Source: Candidatus Marinacidobacterales bacterium
Lineage (GTDB): Bacteria > Acidobacteriota > Vicinamibacteria > Marinacidobacterales > DATDRI01
Direction of reading: 5' to 3'
Assembly (NCBI GenBank): GCA_965226495.1
Contig: OZ245365.1
Coordinates: 5,248,001 to 5,312,000, forward strand
DNA: 64,000 nt
Shown: positions 29,160-39,631 of the stretch, one piece after another
Position numbering within the stretch: the first letter of the stretch is position 1
Layout: every line of letters starts with the position of its first letter
Program-made: the position numbers and the translations under genes
The notes under the pieces: model-generated
Seen by the model: the letters and a program-made list of their open reading frames with translations, nothing else
Databases searched by the model: none
What the model was told of the DNA's origin: nothing

Positions 29160-31022
29160 ATGTCGAAAATCATCGTCGAGCGCGCCGGCAAGAAAGAGCA
29201 GGAGGTCGCGCTCTCCGACAAAACGCTCAGCGTCGGTCGCGAGTCGGGAAACGATTTGGTGTTGCTCGGTCCCTCCGTTTCGAGGCGCCATGCGCGCATC
29301 GAGCCTTCGGCCGGGGGCTATCGGATCGTCGACCTCGGAAGCGGCAACGGTATCCTCAAAGACGGCGAGCGTGTCCCGGAGCTCGACATCAATCCGGGAA
29401 CTGTCGTGACCCTCGGCGAGTACACGCTGAGGTTCGAGCTCGACGCTCCGAGCGTCGGCGCGGCGGAAGCTCAGGCCAAGCCCGTTCTCCTCATTCTCAT
29501 AGGCGGTGGCGAGCGTATCGCTTACCCCGTGGTGGACGGTGAAACCCTGGTAGGCCGCTCGTCGGCAGCGGCCATCCGCGTGTCCGAGCCGCTCGTTTCG
29601 AGCTCGCACTTCAAAATCGTCAAACGGGGAAGCGTGTTCGCGCTCGTCGATCTCGGGAGCGAGAACGGCACCTACGTGAACGGCGTGCGCGTCAAGGAAA
29701 AAGAGCTCGAGCAAGGGACTCAAATACGAGTCGGCCCGCTCACGTTCTTTTTCGCCGCGGACGGCGTCGAGCCCGAGCCAGGGTCGATCGAGCTCATCCA
29801 GCCGGTCCAATCGCCACAGCGCCAGCCGGCGCCTGCCGCGGCGGACGGCGCGGCGCCGGATATCCCTCCCAGCAAGCCCGCGAAAGCGACGAGGGGTCTC
29901 GCCGCGCTCCCGCGCGTCGCCCTCATCGGCGGTGGCTTCTTCGTGTTGGTGGTGTTACTCATCACCTTGATCCTGCTCCGCTCGCCAGAAGACGACGCCG
30001 AGCGCGAGTTCCAGGAAGTCTTTCAGGCGAACCTGTCGGCGAAAGAGCGCGAGCGCATCGAGGAGTATCAGACTCGCGCAGAGGATTACGCGCAACGCGG
30101 CAACTTGGGCCTCGCGCTCGAGCAATACCGCAAGATCCTCGTTCTCGACCAGACGCATCAAGAGGCGCTCGCGGAATCGGCGCAACTCGAAGAGCGTCTC
30201 GAGCAGCAGGCCGAAACCGATGCCGTCCAGGCGCGGGAGGATCGCGAGCGCATGGCGCAGGTGGCGTCGCTGACCGAACAATCCGACGCGCTCGTCGCCA
30301 ACCACGAGTTCGACGAGGCGCTGGCGCTTCTCGAGGAGGCGCTGGCGCTCTCGCCCGACAGCGACGTCTTGGCGAGCAAGCGGGTCGATATGTATGTGAG
30401 CCAAGGTGATTACGAGCGGCGGCGCAACACGACGCGCGCACGTCAGGCGTACCAGAAAGCGCTCGAGCTCGACCCGGACAACGCGGACGCCCGACGGGGT
30501 GTCGGCCGCATCGACCAGAGCCGGCGCTCGGCGCGGCAAGACAAGAAGCGCGTGGGCGAGCTGACCGAGACCGGGCTCGCAGAGCTGCGGCGAGAGGAGT
30601 ATCGCGACGCGTACCGGAGCTTTTCCGAGGTGTTGAAGCTCGAGCCACAAAACGCGCGCGCCAAGGAGTTCCGCGACCAGGCGCAGACGCTCCTGGAGCA
30701 GCAGGTGCAGCCCATTTATGAAGAAGGGGTGCGGCTCTATAACGCCGACGAGCTGTCGGCGGCGATGGAGCAGTTCCAGCGGGTGCTCGACCTCCACCCC
30801 GATCACGCGGACACACGGTCGTTCGTCGCGCGCGCCATCGAGCGGGTGCGCTCCAAAGCGGTCGAGCTCTACAAGCGCGCCTACATCTACGAGGGCCTGG
30901 GACGGTCCCGTGAAGCTCTCGCGCTCTACCAGGAATCGCTGTCGCTTCTACTCGATCCGAACGAGGAGTATCACCAGAAGGCGTCCGAGCGGATCGCGGA
31001 GCTGAACCGCAAGCTCCAATAG
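29160..31022 (+). CDS. Double-FHA membrane protein with periplasmic TPR array
   Basis: VGRE..SRRHA..DLGSGNG and VGRS..SSSHF..DLGSENGTYVNG; TM helix; multiple TPRs. Confidence 0.88.
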   Translation: MSKIIVERAGKKEQEVALSDKTLSVGRESGNDLVLLGPSVSRRHARIEPSAGGYRIVDLGSGNGILKDGERVPELDINPGTVVTLGEYTLRFELDAPSVGAAEAQAKPVLLILIGGGERIAYPVVDGETLVGRSSAAAIRVSEPLVSSSHFKIVKRGSVFALVDLGSENGTYVNGVRVKEKELEQGTQIRVGPLTFFFAADGVEPEPGSIELIQPVQSPQRQPAPAAADGAAPDIPPSKPAKATRGLAALPRVALIGGGFFVLVVLLITLILLRSPEDDAEREFQEVFQANLSAKERERIEEYQTRAEDYAQRGNLGLALEQYRKILVLDQTHQEALAESAQLEERLEQQAETDAVQAREDRERMAQVASLTEQSDALVANHEFDEALALLEEALALSPDSDVLASKRVDMYVSQGDYERRRNTTRARQAYQKALELDPDNADARRGVGRIDQSRRSARQDKKRVGELTETGLAELRREEYRDAYRSFSEVLKLEPQNARAKEFRDQAQTLLEQQVQPIYEEGVRLYNADELSAAMEQFQRVLDLHPDHADTRSFVARAIERVRSKAVELYKRAYIYEGLGRSREALALYQESLSLLLDPNEEYHQKASERIAELNRKLQ

Positions 31023-31043
31023 CCGCTTCGGGCGATCGCCGTC

Positions 31044-32855
31044 ATGAATCACCCCGATTTCGAGCAGGCCATCACCCACCGGCTCGTCCAATACGGCTAC
31101 GTGCAGGAGCCGCTCGTGGAGCGGGCACGCGCGTTCCAGAACACGCGCGCGATGACGCTGATGCGGGCGCTGATCGAGCTGAAGCTGGTTGCGCCCGACG
31201 CGCTCGAAAGAGTGGTCGAAGAAGTGACCGGCGCTTCTATGGTCGACCCCTCGCTTCTCACCGTCTATCAGGAGTACATCGAGACCGTGAGCAAGCTCAT
31301 CCCGAAAGAGTTCGTGACCGGTGCGATGGTGTTCCCGGTGCAGTCGGAGCTCAACACCATTAAGGTGTGCATGCTGAACCCGACGGATCCGCTCTTCATG
31401 TCGGCGCTCGAAGGCCTGTCCGGCTGTCACATCCAAGCGGTCACTGGGCACGAGCAGCACCTCACCGCGGCGATCTCCGAGCACTACGGCGTCGCGATGA
31501 ACGACCTGCCTCCCGCCGCCGTCGACGGCGAGAAGGCCCGGGCTCTAGCGGATGGGCTCGTCCGCGAGCGAGTAAAGACGCCGATGGAGGCGTTCATCGA
31601 GCCCGCGGCCGCGCTTGCGAACCGGAACCGTGACAAGCTCGCTGTCGATCCGGCGACGCTCGAAGCGGTTGTCCGCGACCCCGACGTCATCCGCTTCCTC
31701 CATCAAGTCCTCGCCCGGCTCGTGTACGCTGGTGCGAGCGACATCCACTTCGAGCCCCTCGAGTCCGGCTTCCGGGTGCGCTCGCGGATCGACGGTTCGA
31801 TGCGCGTCGCGTGGACGCTACCACAGGCGCTCGCGATCGCGAGCGTCGCCCGCCTGAAGGTGATGGCCGGAGCCGATATGAAGCCGAGCCGCGAGCCCAT
31901 CGACGCCCGCATCAGCTACGATCTCATTTGGGGCAAAGACGTCGACTTCCGCTTCTCCAGCCTTCCGTCGCTCCACGGCGAAAAGATCGTGCTCCGCGCA
32001 CTCGACCGCTCTCGCAAGCGCCAAAGCTTGAGCGAGATCGGATTCGACACCGAGACGCTCGAGCGGGTGCGCCACGCTGCGGAATCGCCGAACGGCCTCA
32101 TCCTCGTGACCGGTCCGACCGGCAGCGGCAAAACGTCGACGCTCTACGCGCTCGTTGATCACTTGAACCGGGAAGACGTGAACATCGTTTCCGCTGAGGA
32201 TCCGGTCGAGTCCAAGATCGCGGGCGTCACCCAAGTGCACTGCGGCGAGGAGGCCGGCTTCAATTTCGCGGATGCGCTGAGAAGCTTCCTCCGGCAGGAC
32301 CCGGACGTCATTCTCGTCGGGGAGATCCGCGACCAGGAAACGGCGGACATCTCTTTGAAGGCGGCGCTCACCGGACACTTGGTGATGTCGACGCTCCACA
32401 CCAACGACGCCGCGAGCACCATCCTCAGACTCTTGAACATGGACCTCGACCCGTTCATGGTTGGATCGGCCGTCAGCCTCGTGCTGGCCCAGAGACTGGT
32501 GCGACGCCTGTGCGAGAGGTGCAAGACGAAGCGGAGCTCGGGCGTGCCCGCGGGCGCTCTTTCCGCGCGCGAGGCCGCTATACTCGAGGGAGCGGCGATT
32601 TACGATTCCAAAGGGTGTGCCGAGTGTTCCCACACAGGGTATCGCGGTCGCCGGGGGGTTTTCGAGGCGCTCCTGGTGACCGACGAGCTCGAGGAGCTCA
32701 TTGCTTCCAAGGCATCGGTGGTGGACATCCGTGAGCTGGCGCTGAAGCAAGGGATGATAACGCTTCGCGAGAGCGGACTTCGCATCGTCGCGTCCGGCGA
32801 CACGAGTATCGACGAGGTCTTGGCCACGACGGTTGGGGAAATTCCGGCATCATGA
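31044..32855 (+). CDS. PilB/GspE-family secretion ATPase
   Basis: ASDIHFEP, TGPTGSGKTST, EDPVE, LRQDPDVILVGEIRD, STLHTNDA, CxxC..CxxC zinc motif. Confidence 0.93.
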   Translation: MNHPDFEQAITHRLVQYGYVQEPLVERARAFQNTRAMTLMRALIELKLVAPDALERVVEEVTGASMVDPSLLTVYQEYIETVSKLIPKEFVTGAMVFPVQSELNTIKVCMLNPTDPLFMSALEGLSGCHIQAVTGHEQHLTAAISEHYGVAMNDLPPAAVDGEKARALADGLVRERVKTPMEAFIEPAAALANRNRDKLAVDPATLEAVVRDPDVIRFLHQVLARLVYAGASDIHFEPLESGFRVRSRIDGSMRVAWTLPQALAIASVARLKVMAGADMKPSREPIDARISYDLIWGKDVDFRFSSLPSLHGEKIVLRALDRSRKRQSLSEIGFDTETLERVRHAAESPNGLILVTGPTGSGKTSTLYALVDHLNREDVNIVSAEDPVESKIAGVTQVHCGEEAGFNFADALRSFLRQDPDVILVGEIRDQETADISLKAALTGHLVMSTLHTNDAASTILRLLNMDLDPFMVGSAVSLVLAQRLVRRLCERCKTKRSSGVPAGALSAREAAILEGAAIYDSKGCAECSHTGYRGRRGVFEALLVTDELEELIASKASVVDIRELALKQGMITLRESGLRIVASGDTSIDEVLATTVGEIPAS

Positions 32856-34261
32856 TGCTGCGGCTGACACTGTTGACGCTTCTAGCGCTCGGCGCCGTTG
32901 ACGACGAGCTCGTCCACCGGGGGCCCGGCTTTTCGATTCGCTACCCCGAAAAGCACAGCAAACTCCAGCCTCCGAGCGCCGCCGTGCCGTTCCAGCTCGA
33001 GTACCGGAAGAATAGCCTCCTGCGGCTCGAGACCGAGCGGCTAACGCAGCCCATCGACTTGAGTGACGAGAGCTTCGCCGAGATTTTCCGAGAGATACAG
33101 CTCGAGCGGCTGCGCGAGAGGGTAGGCACACCGCTCGAAGGCGAGCAGATCAGCCTGTTCTCGTGGGGTGTGGGGATCGAGTTCCATTACTATTTGCCGG
33201 CGCGAAGCGGCAAGAAGAACCGCCGCGATCTGGTGACCGAAGTGGTGACGACGTTCGACGATAAGCTGTACCGCTTCACGTATTGGATTCCGGAGCGGGA
33301 TCTGAAACGGGTGGCCGCACCTTTCGCACAGATCATCGAGAGCTTCAACCCCGAGCGAGTCATCGCCGCGGTGGCACCGGACGAGACCACTGCCACCGGC
33401 GGCTACTCGGCCTCACAGTCCGAAGCGAACGCGGAGGCCTATCGCCGCGAGATCCAGAAGCAAGGGGAGAACAAGAGCGCGCGCGCCGAGCTGCACGCGG
33501 AACTCGCAGAGACGCTGGGGTGGAAGGCGTTTCTGACCAAGTCGCCTTCACCGGCCGAGCTCGAGGAGATGCAGCTCTCTGCCGAGGTGGCGCTCCGCGA
33601 AACACCTAGCGATGTCGACGCGCATCAGGCGCGGGCGTGGGCCGCTTATCACGAGAACCGCATGGTGGAGATGGAGGAGGAGATCAAGAAGGCGATCGCG
33701 ATCGAGCCCGACAATGCGGAGAACCATCTTCTCTATGCGCTCTGGTACGGATTCAACCCCGAGCGATCGGAAGCGATGGCCCGGCAGGCGCTCGACATCG
33801 ATCCCGGCTATGCCGCGGCTTATTACGTCAAAGCCGAAGCCGATCGTCGGAGCGGGGATCTCATGGAAGCGCGGCTCGCACTCGAAGAAGCCGTCAAGCT
33901 CGATCCGGGATTCACCGAGGCACGTCTGCAGCTCGCCGAAGTTCTTAGGGAAAGTGGCGACGCACAGGCGGCACTTGACGCCTACCGCGCGGCCGCAGCG
34001 GCAGCGCCCAACGACCCGAACGTCCGTTTCAAATTCGCGCTCGCGCTCCGCCGATCGGGACGCATCGACCAGGCCATCACCGAGTACGAGGCGCTCTTGC
34101 GCCTCGAACCCTCTCTTGCCGAGGTGCACTACAACCTCGCCGTCCTGTTTCTACAGGAACGACAGGCCGCCGATCTCGCGCGCGAGCACTTCCGCCGCTT
34201 CGTCGAGCTCGACCCGGAGAGCGAGCGGACGCCCCACGTTCGGGAGTGGCTCGCCAACTGA
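32852..34261 (+). CDS. Exported TPR-repeat protein
   Basis: Signal peptide, N-terminal alpha/beta domain, many TPRs (HYNLAVL, FVELDP); ATGA overlap with the ATPase. Confidence 0.85.
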   Translation: MMLRLTLLTLLALGAVDDELVHRGPGFSIRYPEKHSKLQPPSAAVPFQLEYRKNSLLRLETERLTQPIDLSDESFAEIFREIQLERLRERVGTPLEGEQISLFSWGVGIEFHYYLPARSGKKNRRDLVTEVVTTFDDKLYRFTYWIPERDLKRVAAPFAQIIESFNPERVIAAVAPDETTATGGYSASQSEANAEAYRREIQKQGENKSARAELHAELAETLGWKAFLTKSPSPAELEEMQLSAEVALRETPSDVDAHQARAWAAYHENRMVEMEEEIKKAIAIEPDNAENHLLYALWYGFNPERSEAMARQALDIDPGYAAAYYVKAEADRRSGDLMEARLALEEAVKLDPGFTEARLQLAEVLRESGDAQAALDAYRAAAAAAPNDPNVRFKFALALRRSGRIDQAITEYEALLRLEPSLAEVHYNLAVLFLQERQAADLAREHFRRFVELDPESERTPHVREWLAN

Positions 34262-34304
34262 GCCTACTTGATCAACAAGATCCTCTGGTTGACCGGGTAG
34301 GACC
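34254..34304 (+). repeat. 51-bp direct repeat, copy 1 (orphan copy of the M24 peptidase 3' end)
   Basis: 47/51 identical to 37330-37380. Confidence 0.9.
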
Positions 34305-34635
34305 GGACTTGCTTCCGCGAGGGAGCCCCACCCCCTGAGAGTCCGGAACACGCCGTTCGTCGAGCTTCGATCAGGCGAGGATCACGTGATCCAAGAAATC
34401 CACAGGTTTTCCATAGGCTTTGTTACCGGACGTAACAGGGGCAGGGTCCTAAGGGTCCGGCAAAATCGGCGCTAGCAGGGTCGCAGCCATACGTCCGTTG
34501 CTTTTCTTCTCAATGTCAGGCGCCTGACTAAAATGGCCGAAAATCGTTTCCTTTCGAAACACCTGCTGGCCGTCCCTCGGAACGCCGTTGACATTTCAGT
34601 CCGCAAGCGAATACTTTCCTGTTCTGAGGTCGACT

Positions 34636-37337
34636 ATGTCCCTCACTTCTGGCACGAAGCTGAGTTCTTACGAAATCCTCGATCCCATTGGCGCTGGTGG
34701 GATGGGAGAGGTCTACCGCGCCAGGGACACGAAGCTCGGTCGTGAAGTCGCCGTCAAAGTCCTGCCTGAAGCCTTCGCTCAGAACGAAGAACGCCTAGCC
34801 CGATTCGAGCGTGAAGCCCGGCTCCTCGCATCCTTGAATCATCCCAACATCGCTACTCTCTACGGCTTCGAACAATCCAACGGAGTCCAGTTCCTGGTCA
34901 TGGAGCTCGCCGACGGCGAAACTCTCGCAGAGCGACTCCGGCGCGGCCCTATCCCAATCGAGGACGCCTTTCCCATCTTCAAACAGATCGCGGAAGCATT
35001 GGAGGCGGCTCACGAAAAGGGAATCATCCACCGCGACCTGAAACCAGCCAACATCAAGGTGAGCTCAGAAGACAAAGTGAAGGTCCTCGACTTCGGCCTT
35101 GCCAAGGCGATGAGTGAAGACCCCGTGAAGAGTGAGCTGTCCGAGTCACCGACCATCACGAGAGATGCGACAGCGACCGGCGTCATCCTCGGCACTGCCG
35201 CTTACATGAGCCCCGAGCAAGCCCGTGGAAAAACCGTAGACAAGCGGACAGACATCTGGGCTTTTGGTTGCTGTCTCTATGAAGCGCTCACGGGTCGCAT
35301 GGTCTTCCAGGGAGACACCCTCTCCGACACCATTGCCGGGATCTTAGAACGCGATCCGGATTGGAAGGCGCTGCCCGAATCCACGACACCAGGCGTACGT
35401 GTTGTGCTGCGCCGATGTCTACAGAAGGACGCCAATCGGCGACTTCATGACATCGCCGACGCCCGGATCGAGATGGAAGAGGCTCTGACGGAGCCCTCCA
35501 CGAGGCCGAGCGACGCAACCGAGGAGCGCGTCTACCTTCGCGGCGGTGGCGGACGATACCATGGATAGCGGTCGCCCTCGTCGCTACGGCAGTGGCTATC
35601 TGGAGTTGGATGCGGGCCAACCCGCCGTCCATGGTCCCCCTGACGCGACTTTCCCTGTCGACTCCACCCCTCGCTGGATCCGGCCGCATGTTGGACATCT
35701 CGCCGGACGGTACCCGCCTCGCCTTCATCGCTGAGGAGAACGGCGTCAGGAGACTTTATCTTCGTTCGATGGATCAGCTCGACGCAAGATCGGTTGAAGG
35801 CACGGAGGGCGCTCGAGGCGGCCCCTTCTTCTCTCCGGATGGCGAGTGGGTCGGCTTTCACGTTCCCGTCGCCGAAAGAGCAAACAGGGCCGGGGTGCTA
35901 AAGAAGGTTCCCGTGTCAGGAGGAACGGTGCACACGTTGTGCGAGTGCGACAACCCGAGTTTTTTCGGGCGCTTGTGGGGGCGCGACCAGCGGATCTACT
36001 TCGATACCTGGGGCGGCGTCTCGTGGATTCCTGCGACGGGGGGCGAGCCGCAGGTTGTCACGGTCGCTCAAGAGGGGGAAAGGCGTGGCTGGGCCGACCT
36101 TCTTCCCGATGGAAACTCACTGTTGATTACCGTGAAACCTCGAAACACGGAGTGGACGGACCGGTCTGATATTGGCATCGTCTCCTTGGAGTCCGGCGAT
36201 TATCGACCCCTGTTGGAAGGGGCCGGCCATTTCGCGCGCTACGTCCCTACGGGTCACTTGGTCTATGCACGGGAGGGAGGGCTGCGAGCCGTTCCCTTCG
36301 ATCTTGGACGGCTCGAGGTAACCGGTTCGCCAGTTTCTGTTCTGGAGGGCATCGTTACTAACACGGTCGCCGGTGCGGCGATGTTTGCGTTTTCTGAGAA
36401 CGGAACTCTCGCCTATATTCCCGGCCATCGACTCTTCCCGCCTCCAATGAGGCTCGTCTGGGTGGATCGTGATGGAGAGGTTGAGCCCATCCGTGAGGTT
36501 AGGGCTGTCTATAATCCGACCCTTTCGCCGGATGGCCGGCGGATAGCCTTAGTGAATTTTCAGGAAGCGAATAGTGACGTCTGGATTTATGACATCGCTC
36601 GCGGCACACTGAGCCGATTGACGACCTCTCCCGGCGATGAAGAGCACCCAGTCTGGTCGCCGGACGGCCGATACTTGGCGTTTTACTCGAACCGCGACCC
36701 AGAGAAACCAGCCAACCTGTACAGGAAACGCACCGACGGGAGTGGTCCCGCTGAGCGCCTCACCGAGAGCGACGAGCGACAGATCCCCCGCGCATGGTCG
36801 CCGGACGGTCGGGTCCTCGCTTTTAACATCAGAAAAGACTTGAGAAGTAGCATTTGGATGCTTCAAATGGAGAGTGAACGAAAACCGGAGTTGTTTCTAG
36901 AAACACCAACACACGTTAACTCGTGGCCCGTCGATTTCTCGCCCGACGGCCGCTGGTTGGCGTACGTATCCAAGGAGACGGGGCGGCTCGAAGTCTACGC
37001 CGTTGCCTATCCGGACCCGGGGCCACGGTACCGGATCTCGACGGATGGCGGCTGGGATCCGCGCTGGGCCGCCGACGGGAGCGAAATCTTCTATATCTCG
37101 GAGAACAAACTGATGGCCGTTCCCGTGAGCTGGAACCCTGAGCTCACAGTTGGGAAGCCTCAGATGCTTTTCCAGGACCAGTTTTATTCCTACGGAGGCA
37201 ATGTTCCGAGTTACGACGTCACCCCCGACGGCCAACGGTTCGTGATGTTACAGGATGTCGGCGTGCCGGCATTCACCCAAATCAATGTCGTCCTCAACTG
37301 GTTCGAGGAGCTGAAACGCCTGGTTCCCACCAACTGA
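34636..37337 (+). CDS. Hanks-type Ser/Thr kinase with TolB/PD40 beta-propeller, frameshifted near 35530 (probable error)
   Basis: GAGGMGEV, VAVK, HRDLKPAN, DFG, YMSPEQ; repeated SPDG units; NWFEELKRLVP tail. Confidence 0.92.
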
Positions 37338-37380
37338 GCCTACTTGATCACCAAAATCCGCTGGTTGACCGGGTAGAACC
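37330..37380 (+). repeat. 51-bp direct repeat, copy 2
   Basis: 47/51 identical to 34254-34304; spans the kinase stop and the M24 peptidase 3' end. Confidence 0.9.
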
Positions 37381-38671
37381 ACTCCACACCGCGCTCGGTC
37401 ACGATGGCGTCATCCTCCAAAGGAATGCGCACTTTCTTCCCACCCCACTCCGGTGCCGCAGTGTAGGCGAAGAGCTCGATGGAGAACATGTTGCTCGGCT
37501 TGATCTCGAACTCGAGCCGCTTCGGATTGAACCACGCGATAGAAGGACCGATACCGTGCCCTAGATTTCCCACCGAATGACAACCGATGATGACCTCGGT
37601 CTTCTCGGTATCGGTGGGCTTGTTGAATTCTTTCATCATCGCGAAACCGGCTTCTTCGACCTTCTTACCAAGCAGCTCGAGTGTCTCGGCCGCGGTGCGA
37701 CCGGGCTTGATGGTCTGCCGGATGATGTCCCTGACCTTGAGCCCCTGATCGAAGGCGTTCTGGATGCCGGCCGGTGGGGCGGTCTCCCCTTCCTTGAGGA
37801 CGTACGCAATGCGCTTCATGTCGGTGAAGAGATTCAAATACCCGACACCCCAATCGATCATGAGTAAGTCGCCTCTCTGGATGATGCGATCGGTCGAAAC
37901 GGCCGCGATCCCGTCCGGCCCGGTGACATAGACGGATGGCATGTCGAAAGAGGACAGGAGCGCGCGGTCTAACAATTGGTCCTGCATCCACCAGGCGACA
38001 TCTTCGAGGGTGGTGACCCCGGGAGTGATCACTTTGTTAGAGAACGCCGTCTCCGCGATATTCCGCGACATTTCCCCGGCCTCGCCGAAGGCGACCACCT
38101 CCGACGCGACCCGGCGGGAGCGGAAATCCGAGACCAGCTTCTCCGCGGATACCAGCCGAGAGGCGTAGGGCTCTCCGAGCGTCTCGACCAAGTACTGATA
38201 GCTAGTGTGCGACAGCCCGTCCGCCCCACCGATCGACTCCGACATGTTGACGCCGATGCGAGCGGGATCCCGTTCACTCACGAACGCCGCGAGATCGACC
38301 TTGCCCCCGAACTCGCGCCCGGTGAGGTCGTAGACACCACACTGCTCCAACATGTAGCCGCCGACTCCGAGAGCCGCCCGCTCGATGCGATCGCCGCCTC
38401 GATCGGTGAAGATGTAATAGCCTCGGTCGCTGGTGTATCCGCGTCCAAGATCCTCGTAGAGCGGGCTTTGGTGCCCCTCCTTCATCATCGTGATCCACAT
38501 GTCGATCTTGTTCTCGCGCAGCGCTTCCGGAAGGATGCGATCGAACTTCTCTTGCCGAATTTGGCACATCCGCTCCCACCGCCGCCGTGCCTCTTGCGCC
38601 CCGGACGGCCACGCGAACAGAATCACAAGCCCCAGCAGCATGCTCATTTTCAGCATTCGTCCACGCGTCAT
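37340..38671 (-). CDS. M24 family (Xaa-Pro-like) metallopeptidase, exported
   Basis: IDWGV..TDMKR, HSVG..GHG, SIE, LEDD pita-bread fold metal ligands. Confidence 0.88.
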   Translation of the reverse strand: MTRGRMLKMSMLLGLVILFAWPSGAQEARRRWERMCQIRQEKFDRILPEALRENKIDMWITMMKEGHQSPLYEDLGRGYTSDRGYYIFTDRGGDRIERAALGVGGYMLEQCGVYDLTGREFGGKVDLAAFVSERDPARIGVNMSESIGGADGLSHTSYQYLVETLGEPYASRLVSAEKLVSDFRSRRVASEVVAFGEAGEMSRNIAETAFSNKVITPGVTTLEDVAWWMQDQLLDRALLSSFDMPSVYVTGPDGIAAVSTDRIIQRGDLLMIDWGVGYLNLFTDMKRIAYVLKEGETAPPAGIQNAFDQGLKVRDIIRQTIKPGRTAAETLELLGKKVEEAGFAMMKEFNKPTDTEKTEVIIGCHSVGNLGHGIGPSIAWFNPKRLEFEIKPSNMFSIELFAYTAAPEWGGKKVRIPLEDDAIVTERGVEWFYPVNQRILVIK

Positions 38672-39519
38672 TTACCTTCTCCGCTGTCCTGGAAAATCTC
38701 CGCCATGTCCCATTTTTTGATGACCTCTTCGATCTGCTGTGCCATGCTTTGATTCACCTTCTGGTAGTAAATCTTAGCCTTTTCCGCGTCGAAATCCGGA
38801 TACCCCTGGCCGGGCTCGTAGAGTCCAATAGAAGACGGAAACGGATACGCGCTCCAGGACCCGGCGGGCGGATTAGCCGTTGCCATCTCCGCCGAGTAAC
38901 GTTCCGGATGCACATGCTCGGGGACGACGGCTTGAATATAGGCCGTCTCGTTGAGCCCGGCGTGCCCTCCATTCTCCTCGTAAACCTCAAAGACCACCTC
39001 GCTGGTCATGGACCACCAGTTCGTCACCAAAGTGCGTACTCGCTCCCGCCGACCGACCGCCTCGGCGGCCCGCCTCAATATCGCCGTCTGAGGTCCGCCG
39101 TGCCCGTTCAAGATGATTAGGTTATTGAACCCGTTCTTGGCAAGCCCAGCGAGGAGATCGACGATGAAGGATTCATAAGCGCTTTCGCTAATGGAGAAGG
39201 TTCCGGGAAAACCATCCAGCCGGCCGGTGACTCCATAGTTGAGGGGCGGTGCGATGAGTGCCTCGAGCTGGTCGGCGAGCGCTGCGGCCATCGCTTTCGG
39301 TGCCAGATTGTCCGAGCCATTGGGCAGCACGCCATGAGCCTCAAGAGTGCCGGTTGGGATCAGCACCGTTTCGATGTGCTCCGGGACTAACTCGGCAAAC
39401 TCCTGCCACCCTAGGAGATTCATCTCCCGCGTAGACGGGGAGGTTTGAGGCTGAGCTGTTCCCGATACAAACAGCGTGAATGCTATGGTCGTCATTGTCA
39501 TTGGCAGATATCGATCCAT
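38668..39519 (-). CDS. Creatininase family amidohydrolase
   Basis: GTLEAHG.LP.GSD, NGHGG, GHAG..ET. Confidence 0.9.
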   Translation of the reverse strand: MDRYLPMTMTTIAFTLFVSGTAQPQTSPSTREMNLLGWQEFAELVPEHIETVLIPTGTLEAHGVLPNGSDNLAPKAMAAALADQLEALIAPPLNYGVTGRLDGFPGTFSISESAYESFIVDLLAGLAKNGFNNLIILNGHGGPQTAILRRAAEAVGRRERVRTLVTNWWSMTSEVVFEVYEENGGHAGLNETAYIQAVVPEHVHPERYSAEMATANPPAGSWSAYPFPSSIGLYEPGQGYPDFDAEKAKIYYQKVNQSMAQQIEEVIKKWDMAEIFQDSGEGK

Positions 39520-39631
39520 GTTCTATGGCTCCTGTTCGAAGAGAGGCATCAACTTATCCTCAGGTGACGGTGGAATCAACCGGTCCTCCCATTGCGCCGT
39601 GGATCGCTCTGCCATAGGATGACGAGTCTCC

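Noticed and set aside
34400-34500. Possible c-di-GMP riboswitch upstream of the kinase (GGCAAA and GGTCCTAAGG-like words)
   Set aside because: The elements are in the wrong order and I could not build the P1/P2 stems; an Rfam scan would be needed
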